DNA from: Bugula neritina
Lineage: Eukaryota > Animalia > Bryozoa
NCBI GenBank assembly: GCA_964035545.1
Contig: CAXIUT010000164.1
Location: forward strand, 1 to 46,415
Direction of reading: 5' to 3'
DNA length: 46,415 bases
Below the pieces are notes generated by a model. That model ran no database searches. It was given only the letters and a program-made list of their open reading frames with translations, and was not told where the DNA came from. This document shows positions 26,803 through 39,047 of this stretch, piece after piece (positions within the stretch are counted from its first letter, which is position 1; each line of letters begins with the position of its first letter). A program made the position numbers and the translations under genes.

Positions 26803-28152
26803 ATGAAAACTTCTGAATCTATTCCATTGCAACCAATAAGAAAGCTGTCTAAAACAGAGCGATAGTTGAAGTTAAAAAGTTAGCAACAAAACTTTTTATA
26901 AACAGTGAATATTTTCTATGAACAGACAAGACACAAAATTGAAAAAACTTTAAACAAAGATAATAAAAAATCAATTCTTTTGAGTAAATAACTTATCACG
27001 TAACTATCAAGTCACCCCAAGCAAGAATTATACTAGTTGAGTAGAATAGAAGATTAATTTAATAATATGACTATCAAAATAAATCAGAGTATCAATGTAT
27101 TTTTGAAATCTTTGCAAGTAGTGCAGTAGAAAATATAGAAATAGCTTATAATACAAAAATAAAAAAATGTTATAAAGCAAGAACAGTCTTAAAATAATAT
27201 GACTATGCTTCGTAAAATATGTTTTAAAAGATAAAAGACCTCCCTTTCTCATAAATTATAAGATATAAATATTTTGAATAAAAAATTAATCAAATTAGAA
27301 TCAAATATTGACAGTTAGTCATGTTCGATATAAATTGATGGCAAAAGGATATAAACTTCAATTCATCGATATAAAAAGATAACATTTTAGTCTAAAAATA
27401 AAGAATATCTTCTTTGTATTGTTAAAAAAAGAAATCAGCAAGCAGGCTAACTTTAATTATACAGTTAAAAATTGCAAACTATAACTTTGTTTAATCATTT
27501 ATAACCTATCAATCTTCAAACGTTTGTTGATATTGTTCAAATAGAAAATTATCTCTTTATTGTCCATACTCATAAAATATTGAGAACTAACCTTACTAAT
27601 GATATGGAGTTCTAGAGTGAAGTGTTCAAGGAGAGGATAGTTAGAGTGGAAGTGATTGATCGAGGGCTTGTTTTGTGGATGCTAGATTAAAGTTCAAATT
27701 ATTTTGTACTTTTTTTGACCAGCTAGTTGGATATATATGACCAAGAATATCTAAAAATGAATACGAAATCAATAGCTTTCACATTTAGACTATGCAATCG
27801 AGAGAATGAAGCTATATACTATATATCTAGAACTATGAACGGTTCTTGTGAATTGTTTCAAATAAAAAATAACAGAATAAAGCAAATAATAAAAGATATT
27901 GGAGTTATAGACGAGATAATATAGCAAAAAAGTGAATAGTCAGTCTTATTGAGAAAAGGTTATTAGATATATAAATTTACATAATAAAAACATTTACAAA
28001 AACTGGTCCAGATAAGTTTGGACAGTAACGAACCAATAAATAAATGTTGTATTTTGGGATAACATCTATATTCATTGCATCAATCAGGAAAGTATCTTTT
28101 GGAATACCATTTTAATTTCCAACTACACCAGTAATAACTTTAACAGCTTTGA
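26803..28152 (+). CDS. Hypothetical protein (helical N-terminus, beta-rich C-terminus)
   Basis: 450-codon ATG..TGA frame. Confidence 0.65.
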
Positions 28153-28196
28153 TCTTTTATCTCCTTATAAACTAATATTATCAACCATCAGAGAGT

Positions 28197-28534
28197 ATGA
28201 GCAACCGAGATAGACAGCTTGATCTTAACCGAGAGGCTGACGACCAAACAAACCGGCTTCGGGATATGAACCGAGTGGTCAATTAGTCGAATAATACAAC
28301 AGATAACATCATGAGAGAGTTAGGAGATCAGAAATAGAAGTTGCATCATCAAATCGGACTGGTACATTCTTTGATATTTAGAGTGATGATATTAAGGGGC
28401 AGATCAAGCAGGCGGACAAGAAAATGAAGGAGATGCAAAGAAGAAATTTATGTATAAAATGTGGGTTGTATGTGGTTATTGTTGTATTGTTTGTAGCTAT
28501 GGTGGTATCTTTGATTTATAAGTTGACTAAATGA
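28197..28534 (+). CDS. Vti1-type Qb-SNARE, short form
   Basis: RLRDMNRVVNESNNTTDNIMRELGDQKEKL SNARE motif and C-terminal TM helix; 20-nt intron 28362-28381. Confidence 0.85.
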
Positions 28535-28782
28535 TTTGTTTGGCTATTCTTATTTGAAAATGTTTATTATTATTAGAATTCTTCAGAAAAATGAACTTAA
28601 GTTAATATTTTATTTATTTATCTGTGGATTTTTGTTCTTGTCAATAATAATTGATGAATGATATGTCTTCGAAAGTACTAATATTCATTCTTTGATTGGA
28701 TTTGATATGAATATTTTTATTAGTGTTTGTGTGATAGTGTGAAGTTATATTGGATATAACTAACAATCAATATATTCAAATC

Positions 28783-29957
28783 ATGGGTCAGACTCCTCCA
28801 AAAAAAGAACATTAGGATTAGCAAAATGATCATTAGCGTTTAGGTCAGCTTAAGCTAGAAGCTGTTCAAGGCGATCTTCATAACCAATAGTAAGAAGAGG
28901 ATGCTTACATTATGCATCTTAAAAAAACAGTTTAAACTTAGAAAATGTATTCTGAGTGGGTTAAAAGCATGAATCAAGTCAGCGATTCTGAAAGTAAATA
29001 AGTTATCCTTCTACCCCTTAAACATTCATTCGAATCTGTCGGTATGTGTGGCTCTAGTGGAATCGTTAAAGTACATCTATTTTTATTTAGCTTAGTTATG
29101 ACTACTATGAATTTGTCCTTAAGACAGAAATTAACAATCGCTTCCGTCTCAAAAAGGACTTCCTCTAAACTTAAGTTTGGTACCTTCTTTACAACATTGT
29201 TAGAGCTGGTAATAAGTTTTAGATTCTCAAAAAAAAAATAGGAAATGTCCATCCTCAAAATGTTCTGATCAACGAAAGTGGTCAAATAAAAATCATCAGT
29301 ACTGTTTCAATGCCCGGATAAATTAGTAACTACGATACAGTTCTCGAACATCAAAATGATAATCATTCACAAGGAGTATTTCTAGCTCCTGAAGAGATCA
29401 ATAACGATCTTATTCAGAAAGGTAGCTACCCATCTCATGTGGATCCTTCGCTTGCTGAGGTGTTCAGTATTGGATTGACTATATTGTCTAGTGGAACTCT
29501 TGAAGATTGTGATTCTGTGTACAAGCAAAATCCTTATGAAATTAAAAAAGATAGACTCAATACTTTGTTGAAGGTATTTAAGGATAAGTACAGTGATTAT
29601 CTTTTCCAAACAGTAGCTAGTATGGTTGCAATCAATCCTCAAGACAGAAAGAGGTGTAGTTCTATTGCTGCTTCACTTTATTAATACTAACCTCAAATAC
29701 TTGATCTATAGCCCTTCCAACCAGCGAACTTTAGACCTCAGCAGCGACAAAACTATAGCTATCAGCAACCTCAATATCAACAACCTCCCCCTCAGCAAGT
29801 AGCTCATCAATCGATGTACTATCAACCTCAACAACCTGGAGCAGTTTCAAGAGGATCATATCAGGTACCTTCAAATATAGGATCAAATCAGCCTGTTATG
29901 AATAGCAACTTATCAGGAAATCAAGGAGTACCAGTGTATCATCGTAGTCAGATTTGA
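28783..29957 (+). CDS. Ciliate-type pseudokinase with Gln/Pro-rich tail
   Basis: MGQ start; IGNVHPQNVLINESGQIKII, FLAPE, AEVFSIGLTIL, NPQDRK; no HRD or DFG; 20-nt intron 29071-29090. Confidence 0.85.
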
Positions 29958-30020
29958 TATCTCTATATTTTTGTGAAAGAAGTGTCGATTATAAGCTATA
30001 ATATTTAATTAACAGAAAAG

Positions 30021-30675
30021 ATGAACCCTAAGGTTGTGATGATGCTAGCCAAACAGGTACAATAGTGCCAGAAAAAAACACCTGAAGGTACCTTCTGAGA
30101 TAGCTAGTTAGGAGTCAAATTGATAATTAATGAAGGCGATATCACAGATATCCAAGCAGAAATCGAAGGACCTACTGGTACTCCATATGAAGGAGGAATC
30201 TTTAAATGTAAACTCGCAGTAGAGAATGATTTCCCTACTAACCCTCCCAAAGGTACTTTTGCTATTATATAGGCTACTTCATGACTAAAATATTCCATCC
30301 CAACGTTTCATAAAAGGGAGAGATTTGCGTTAATACTCTCAAAAAAGATTGGAACCCAGCTGCTTGGTCACTTTCCAACATCTTCGAGGTGGTCAAATGT
30401 CTTCTTATTGTACCTTTTCCTGAAAGTGCACTTAATGAACAGGCTGGAAAAATGTTTATGTAAAACTATGAGGAGTATTTCAAGTATTCAAAGATGTTGA
30501 CTGGACTATATGCCACTCCAAAGTAGTTGAAAGCTCTTGAAAACGTATTTTGAAGACTATTTAGAATGCTTCTAAAAATAAAATTGAACAGACTGAATAG
30601 GAAAAACCCTAAGTAGTAATAGCGCCAGTAAAAAAAGAGAATGATAACAAGAAAAAATGGATGAAAAGAATTTGA
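30021..30675 (+). CDS. UBE2S: Ubiquitin-conjugating enzyme E2 S
   Basis: [46 protein letters not shown], tail KKWMKRI; introns 30088-30111 (24 nt), 30253-30272, 30545-30564. Confidence 0.93.
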
Positions 30676-30753
30676 GTGATCCCTTCTCCTCTTACTCATT
30701 ACTTTTAGTATTTAAAAAAGTTTCATTATCAAATATTTTATCTGATCTTATAA

Positions 30754-31102
30754 TCATTTCAGCTTAAAGATTTGCTGAATATCCCAATCATTCCACTTAT
30801 CAGCTAGATTATTTCCTCTAATTAGTCCATTAATTTTGGCATATACATGACCTTGACCATCACTATTTCGTTGTTGATAAATCAGAAAGACCACCTTAAT
30901 TTGTAACAGGGGTTGGGGTTGGGGTTGGGGTTGGGGTTGGGGTTGGGGTTGGGTTGGGGTTGGGGTTGGGGTTGGGGTTGGGCTACGCAGTCCTCCGACC
31001 TTCCTCATATCAGCTCCAGCACTTGCTTTCAATTCTGGGTAGTGCAAAGCCAAATAACGAGAAGCTTAGTGAGCACATGTGTATTTAGGGGGGGCAAGGC
31101 AT
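30754..31102 (-). CDS. Small hypothetical protein interrupted by a telomeric tract
   Basis: GC-richer frame ...ASRYLALHYPELKASAGADMRKVGGLRS-[tract]-LLQIKVVFLIYQQ...IFKLK-TGA. The nearest upstream ATG (31102) needs a +1 shift at a C7 run. Confidence 0.5.
30909..30982 (+). repeat. Internal telomeric tract 1, (GGGGTT)n, 74 bp
   Basis: T2G4 array with one 5-mer variant; begins GGGG and ends TTGGG. Confidence 0.98.
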
Positions 31103-31323
31103 AGATGAATAGGCAAATGTAAATTATCAAGTATTAATGAGTACTTTTAATTTAATTTATAATCAATTCTTTCAAGTGTATTATATTTTTTTACTTTTGA
31201 TTTTAGAAGAGAAAAAGAACTATTTTAAGATTTAATTTTGATAAATTGATGAGTACATATAAATGATACTAGATCACAGGTCGAATTTAAATATGAAGTT
31301 ATATTAATTATTTTAACTGCCAT

Positions 31324-33264
31324 ATGAGCTACTACAGAGACTCTCCTAGTCACTATTCACGTCGTTCTCCTCCTAGAATTGAACGGGATTTGATCGAAGA
31401 GGAAATCAACCTCAAGAATGCTCTTAGATCTGAGTCTGAAAACAGAAGATTGCTTGATGAGATCTCACTTCTTCATATCAAACTACGCAAAACTGAGGAA
31501 CTGGAACTAAAAGTGGACGGCCTAATTAAACAGAACAGTCTACTGACTCAGGATAACGATCAACTAGCTCGATAACTGGCCGAGCGACGTTACGAACTTG
31601 AACGTTTGAAGGCTAATACTGTCCAACTTCAATAACGAGACACAATAAAAACCACTCAATTATCTTAAGTCAACCGAAGTCTATAATTGGAAATCGAACT
31701 ACTCAAAAAGTAGAGATTGTAGAGCAACAAATTGTATGAAACTCATATTCAAAAACTGGAGTACATGCTAGAAGATAAGATCAAGGAACTCGATATTTTG
31801 ACAGTTAGGTGCAATGACATTGTTAACATTAAGGAAGCTAGCGAAATCAAATTCTAAGAAGAAAAAAATAGACTAAAAAATCTTATGGCTAGGACTAACC
31901 ATGACATGGAAAGAGAACTTGAGTATACAAAAGAGAAAGACTCGACTGAAAAGCAAATGGAAATCGAGACTCTTAAGAAAAATTATGCTTCTCAAATTCT
32001 TCTTTTGGAAGACTAAATCAATAAACTAAAAAGTGCGAATGACTATAAAAATCATGAATTTGAGAGTCAATTAGCTGACAATAGAAATCTTAGAAACAGG
32101 TTTGATCAAGAATTGAAAAATCTTGAATCTGAGAATTTGACTTTAAGAGAAAAAATTATGAAGTTAGAAGAGCTTAATAGAGATGAAGTAGTTAATATTG
32201 AAACTAAATATAAAGATATTCAAAAGAAAGATACAAGTGAGTTGGTTACAGGACATGTTAATTAAATTAAAACTTTGATAGCTGAAATTGATAAACTTAA
32301 TTGGCTTATCAAGGATAAAACTGTTGAAATTCAAAACTTAATGAGATAGAAAAAAGAACAGAAATTGCAAGAAGAATAAAGATAACTTGCTTTTAGAGCC
32401 GAAATTGATACTCTCAAGAACAAATTAGAAGTCTAAAAAGATAAATCTGCTCAGGAAAATCAAGAACTTAACAGAAGAATCAACTCTTTAGCTAATTCTT
32501 TGCATAGAGATAGTGATACCTATCATGAAAGAGTTAATCAATTGACACAAAATATCAACTCTCTTGAAAGTGAACTCAGCTCAAAACAAAATGAAATTGA
32601 TCGCAGTAAAGCTGAAAATAATCTTAAAGCTAAAGAGCTAAAGAAAAATATCTAAGAGTTATCTGATAAGTTAGATAGAACTAAAAGGGAACTCAATGAT
32701 TCTGAGAAAAATAGAGCAAGTGAAAAGAAATAAAATTAATAATTTAAAGAAAAGACCTATCAATAGATTGGTTCTCTTACCAAAATGAATAAATCACTTG
32801 AAAATCAAAGAGATGAACTCACCTAAAAACTTGAAAGACAAGCTGATTCTTCAGGTGATCAATAAAAGGTTCTTAAGCTTGAAATTGAATCTTTAAATAA
32901 AAATATTGCAATTCTTGAGAAAAACCTGAGCGAAGAACAATCAAGGCATGCCTCTGAGATGTCTGACCTTTCAGCTAGTTTGAAAGAAAAATTAGAAAGA
33001 TTGAGAGCTGCTCAGAAGAAGGCCATTTCAGATATGTAAGAGAGTAGAAATAACGAAGTCGATGCTCTAAATTGCAGAGTTTAGAAAGCGAACAGAGATA
33101 GGGAAGAAGCAAATTCTAAACTTGCTTCATATGTCAAGATGTACGAGAATTTGGATAGTCACTTTAAGAATCCAGCTTAAGGCTCAATTTGTCGTGAAAG
33201 GGCTTAGAGTAATCTTTATCAGACCCTTGGAAAGGTAACTGAGTCTGTGATTAACATCTTCTGA
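31324..33264 (+). CDS. Long coiled-coil (probably cortical/cytoskeletal) protein
   Basis: 647 codons, continuous E/K/L/N heptad pattern; start MSYYRDSPSHYSRRSPPR. Confidence 0.88.
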
Positions 33265-33289
33265 ATGATATTCGAGCCATATTTTTTAT

Positions 33290-34873
33290 ATGTCAGTCAT
33301 ACTAAAAGCAAACTAACTCAACACTCTTATCTATAAGTATTTCCTTGAGTCAGGCCTCTCACATTCTGCCTATACACTATTTAATGAATCTTCACTTACC
33401 CAAGCACTTCAAGAATTCAGATTCGATGTCAAGGCTGGACATTTATTATCGATTCTTTAAAAAGGACTTCTTTACCAAAAAATTTAATCGCATGTCAATT
33501 TCGTAACTAACTTCTAATATTAGAGTGAATACACTGATTGCGAGGAGCCATTCTTTCTTTTGAAGCCTCATATGTGCAAGGTGGTGTAAAAAGTTAGAAA
33601 AGAACGAGATGAAGCAATGAAAGAAATGGAATAGCAACTAAATGAAGGTATCAGAAGAACAAATTCAATTTATAATACAGCTATAGCGAACAGAGAATTC
33701 GAGGAAATTGTCTATGATGCAAGAGGTCGGAAGTATTTTTAAAAATTTGCAAAAATCAAGTTGCCCGCCTAACCAGAATAAAATTAAATCAATAAATACA
33801 ATCTTACAGGTTCATAAACGCATACTGTCCTCTAGTATCCTTTTAATAATTCAGCAACTCTGAAGACTACGAACTTGATCTTCTCAAATATGACTCAATA
33901 AATGAAGAGATATTTATAGAAAAAATATTTCCTAGTGTTAGACAAGGAGAATTATCTTCAAGTACTGTCCAAGCAGTTACAAATGAGTACATTATCCAAG
34001 TTTTCGAAGATAACTATGTGACTATTTTCGATTTAAAGGAGGAATAAATAACACCAATCGAATTTAAACTTCCTATAACTAAACAGATAACTGCAATAGA
34101 GCCAAATATACATATTCCTCAGTTAGTTTGTTTCAAAAATGCTAATTGTTACTTTATTGTTAATATAAAAACAAACAGTATCGTCAAGAAAGGTCAAGGA
34201 CTTTTCTACTGGAGGATATTTGATGAGTTTTTAGTTTATAAAGATTATATAATCGAACTAGATGGACTGACTGACAATTTTTAAAACAGAAGAAGCTATA
34301 AATAAAATGTAACTGTTGATATATTTAGATACAATGGGATGAAATTCAATTTAATTCAGGTAAAAATATATTTGCCGCTGTTTCTTATTTGAAAAAAACA
34401 ATACATGTAAGTTATTTGTGATATAGGTTTACACTCTAGAGAATTAAAAACCATTATTTATCTTTAATTTCTAGGATAAATTCTTAAAGAAAGTTCTTTT
34501 TATTACTTCTAACTCAGTAGATTATCTTTGTTGGCTAACAAGTGATCAAATCAACATATTTGATCTTTCCTTGAACTCTTACTCTAAAACTCTTAATCTT
34601 TAGGAGTATGATAATAAAATAAAAGAACTTTGTTACTTAAAGAAATCTGATAAAGATGAATTTTATTTACTGGCATTGGGATCTGAAAACTTGCTTTTGT
34701 ATGATATCACTAATTCAAAAACCTAAAGGATATAAATCTAAGGGGAATCCTCATAAATGTAAAGTTTTATTTTATTTAGAAAACAGATAAGTTCATCAAG
34801 AGTCGCATTGATAACTGAAAATACTATTTATTTTATGTGTGGGACTCAGTATATTGATCCTTTATTCAAATGA
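33290..34873 (+). CDS. LisH-domain protein, TBL1/Sif2-like, with divergent beta-propeller
   Basis: ANELNTLIYKYFLESGLSHSAYTLFNES...KGLLY; 20-nt introns 33835-33854, 34309-34328, 34407-34426; possible 21-nt introns 33503-33523 and 34759-34779. Confidence 0.8.
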
Positions 34874-34962
34874 TGATAAATAGTTTTATATCCTGGATAA
34901 CATATTAAGTAAGATAGAAATATTAATATTTGATGCATAATGGATTTAAATAAAGCTTTCTT

Positions 34963-35564
34963 TCAATCAGTGAACTCTTGTCTGGCTTCTGAGACGTAGA
35001 TTCCGTCAAGAAAAGCTCTAAGATCTTTATCTTGAATAACAGTTGATTGTTGAATTCTGGCACAAACTTGGGAGACATCTTCAAGGTTGATGCCTTGGAC
35101 GGTCAAGTTGTGTTTTTCTTCTTCTTTCTTACTAATGAGGACACCTTCAGGAGCATCAATTCTTTTATTCATCTTGAATCCCAAAAAGTTCTTAACTTCG
35201 ACGGCCTAAATAAAGAAATATGTACGCGTCCGTTTTCAATGACATTAACGACAATGGGGAAATGGGAGTAAGCAAGTACCATCTTGAATTTGAATCCGGA
35301 GGTGACACCTTGAATCATGTTTTTGACTGTGCTTTTGATTGTTCCTAAAGCAGCGTTACGTTTCTTCTTTTGAAGCCACATTCTGAATTTGATGGAATCC
35401 TTTGATCCTTTTTTTCCTTTTGATTTATAGATTTCCATGGGGATGTGCTTGAAGGCTCGCTTTAGTTTACCTAGCTTGCCTTTGACTTCAACTTGACGAG
35501 ATTTTACGTCAATGTCCACACCTTCAGGGATCTCGAGTTCTTGTTCGGCGACAATGTACTTCAT
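34963..35564 (-). CDS. RPL9: 60S ribosomal protein L9 (uL6)
   Basis: YSHFPIVVNV, VEVKNFLG, DKDLRAFLDGIYVSE; 20-nt intron 35206-35225 joins the two supplied ORFs. Confidence 0.98.
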
Positions 35565-35837
35565 TACCAATCACAAATATTATATTATTTTAATTAATTA
35601 AATAATCCAACTAAAATCAACCGAAATAAATCTCTTTTGGTTAATTTTTATATGATCATGTCAATAAAAAATAAGACAACGTATATATTTGTTGTTCCTT
35701 CAAACAAAACTCCCTACTTCTTATTTTTATGACTTTTTTTCAATTAAAATATTAAAAGGTTTTCAAAGAATATATTTAACTTTAAAAAGTAATATTATTT
35801 CTGATAGTTTGTAAATATACTCTTTTAATAACATTGA

Positions 35838-36715
35838 ATGGCAAATATCAAGCTTTAACCAAAACCAAAAACCGACCTAGCACGTTTATTTCTCAACTCT
35901 GCAATTGTCTTTTCTCTCTTCATGAACCCAACTCTCATGTAGTATATATGTGGTCCTTTTACTTTGTCAATTGCATCCAAACAACATTTAGTGATCTATA
36001 TTATCATCGTGGAATTGGTTCGCATTGTGTACAAATATTTGGGTAAGGCTCTTTTACGTTTACCTTGCCTGTAATGGCTACCTAGTTACTTTTCTAACCT
36101 ACTGATAGTCAAATATATGTTGATATTATTGCTCAAAATAGTCCTCATTTTTGAAGAACAGCACAGAAAAAAGTTCTATCTTCATACTTTTTTCCTTTAA
36201 ACCATTATTTTACTTACATGTATTCTTTTCGACTGTATTCAAAAATCAAATGTACTTAAGATGATATTTAGATCAAATAAGCAGGATAATTACTACTAGT
36301 TGAAGGTCTTCATCGTTTATCTTTGGTTTATGAACTTACACAAACTTTTTGTCCAGGTCTTTTGCTTTATTATGCTGTAACTAACCTTTTAATCTTTGTT
36401 TTAAGTCAAGTATAAGCTCAATAAAGATATGGTCTTAAACAATCACTGTATGTAAAACATGACATCTATCGCTTTATCTTCATGACAACTATCTATTTTG
36501 GACTAGTATCTATTGCTCAACTATCTTCAGCTCATTTTAAAACATTAATAACTTTTCTTTTTTGTCTCAAATTTCTTATATCTTCATTGCGTTAATATAA
36601 CTAATCCAAAATGAGTCAGGCATCGAATAATCTACTAATTTGTTCATTGATTTTAAGTTTAAGTGAAATAATATTTATTTTTGTTCCTTTTAGTTTCTAG
36701 TTTGAGGAGTTGTGA
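35838..36715 (+). CDS. Multi-pass membrane protein, unknown family
   Basis: 286 codons after removing 20-nt intron 36252-36271; many hydrophobic segments. Confidence 0.65.
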
Positions 36716-36774
36716 TATTTTTAATCTTTATTTGTATGTGAATATTAAGTATGAAGGGTATGTGATACAGACAA

Positions 36775-37271
36775 TCAAAGCAACATAAACTGTTTTCTGA
36801 CATTTCCGTAAACAACTTGAGGGGTCACTTTAAGGACATTGAAGTGGACAGTCTTGGTCAAAGGTCTGCATTCTCCCACCAAGGCAACGTCTCCAACCTT
36901 TACAGTGAAGGCAGGAGAGCAGTGGCAAGCGATGTTTCTGTGTCTTTTTTCGTATCTGTTGTATTTAGGAACGTAGTGAAGATAGTCACGTCTCACAATA
37001 ATGGTTCTTTGCATTTTAGTGCTGAGAACGACTCCCTTAAGGATCTTTCCTCTAATGGTGACATTGCTGGTGAAAGGACATTTTTTGTCGATGTATTGCC
37101 CTTCGACGGCTTCCTTGGGTGTTTTGAAGTTGAGTCCAATGTTTTTATAGTATCTAACTCCAGAACTGGTCTTTTTAGCGACGAGTTTCTTGCTGTTCAG
37201 GAAGACTGAGTCTTGTTTTTGGAAGGAACGTTGTTGCTATATAGGTGTAGACGTACTTGGATATCAGCCAT
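36775..37271 (-). CDS. RPS11: 40S ribosomal protein S11 (uS17)
   Basis: [54 protein letters not shown]; 20-nt intron 37237-37256. Confidence 0.98.
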
Positions 37272-37438
37272 ATTGTAAATATTAAATATTTTAATTAATA
37301 TATTCTGGAAATTAATATTTCCTTCATCAAAGCTGTTCAACTATTGTTATTTCTTTAATATTATCATATTCTAATAAACAATTTTATCTCTAAGCTATGG
37401 AAAAGTTCAGTTTCTGATAGTTATAATATTTTAATATC

Positions 37439-39000
37439 ATGGTTCGAATAATCTAAAACTACACTCTCTTTGAGATCATTGGTGAAGGAGCATATGGTAA
37501 AGTCTTCAGAGCAGTCAATAAATTGGATAACAAAGAATATGCAGTAAAGGTGATATAAGTGCGTCGTTTTAAATAGAATAAGAAGCTAGAAGAGTGCACC
37601 GTTAACGAAATTAACATCTTGACTAACATAGAAAAGCACGAACATATAATCAAGTATATCGATATGCTTAAGACTCCTAACAACTTCTATTTTGTATATG
37701 AGTATTGTAACGGGGGAACTTTAGAAGGAATGCTTAGAAAATAAAAAGTAATTCCTGAAAAACAAGCTTTGATGATCTTCAAACAACTTATTGATGCTTT
37801 CCAGGTCCTCAATAAATATAACATCATGCATCGAGATCTTAAACCTGATAATATCTTTTTCAATCAAGGAGTGGTCAAGTTGGGTGATTTTGGCTTCTGT
37901 AAGAGTCTTTAAAAAGCTAACATGACCAAAACTATGCTTGGATCTCCAATCTATATGGCTCCTTAAATTTTGAGAGGATAAATCTATAGTACCAAAGCTG
38001 ATATATGGTCATTAGGTGTAGTATTATACTAAATGTTATATGGATTTTGTCCTTTTGAGTCAACCACCATTCCTAAACTTATAGAAGTTCTCAAGGAAAC
38101 AGAGTTGGAGTTTCCAAGTAAATAACCTGTTTCATAATAAGCAAAACGTCTCTTGAAAAGATTGTTGACAAAGGATCCTATCAGAAGAATTTAATGGATG
38201 GAATTGTTAAGGACAAATATATCTACTGATGGTAAACTTGAAGGTGGAAGAAAATAGAGATTGTCTTTGGTTGAAGAAGATACTACTTTGACTTAATCAA
38301 GTAGAAATTTAGATGGAAAATTATCGTTTAATAATGAAGGAGCTAAAAAGACTAACTAAGGATCAAATGGTCAGACCCAAAGTTTCTCTCCTCCTAGGTA
38401 TATTTATAACTATCTAGTCAATCAGAGCCAAAAAATAATAATCTACAAGCACCAAGTTCATCACAACAAGGAACTTTCCTCAAAAAGAAGAATACCTACT
38501 AAGTCTCAAATCCCCCAGCTTCATTTGGACAAATTAATCCCCGCAGAAACTCTGCTCAAATGGCTCACTAGAATAATGAAAGCAACTAATCTCTTAAAAA
38601 GCAAATAGCAAAGATTCATAGCGAATCAACAAAGGGACTACAAATAGCAGTCGATATAATTAAATCAAATGACACTAACAGTGCTCTTTTTGCCTATCTT
38701 CTACTCAAGAAGACAGAACAAAAGTTGATAACTCTGAGAGATGAGATCGCAAATCAGCAATAATATAAAGAAATTATGCTTTGTCTCAATTCAGAATTAA
38801 AAGAAATCAGTTTAGAATTAAACAAGTATAACTTGTCATAAAATCTTCAAAATTGGAAGAGTTTGCTTAAATCTACTGGAGATTTTCATAGAAACTACAG
38901 AGCGTTCTACATGATGGTGATATTTTTATCAGGAGAGACACCAAGAGAGGACCTTTCTCATGTGGAGATGCAGATGGAGGTCAGAAAACAGGTCTATTGA
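37439..39000 (+). CDS. ULK-like Ser/Thr protein kinase
   Basis: IGEGAYGKV, YAVK, HRDLKPDN, DFG, GSPIYMAP[TAA]IL, DIWSLGVVLY[TAA]ML; 20-nt intron 38398-38417. Confidence 0.95.
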
Positions 39001-39047
39001 TCAAACATTTTATGTATAGTACTAAATACTATCATTATTGCCTTAAT

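Noticed and set aside
30750-31110. Telomerase RNA gene around tract 1
   Set aside because: A ciliate template is about 1.5 repeats preceded by UGUCA; this is about 12 repeats and its flanks read as a protein frame
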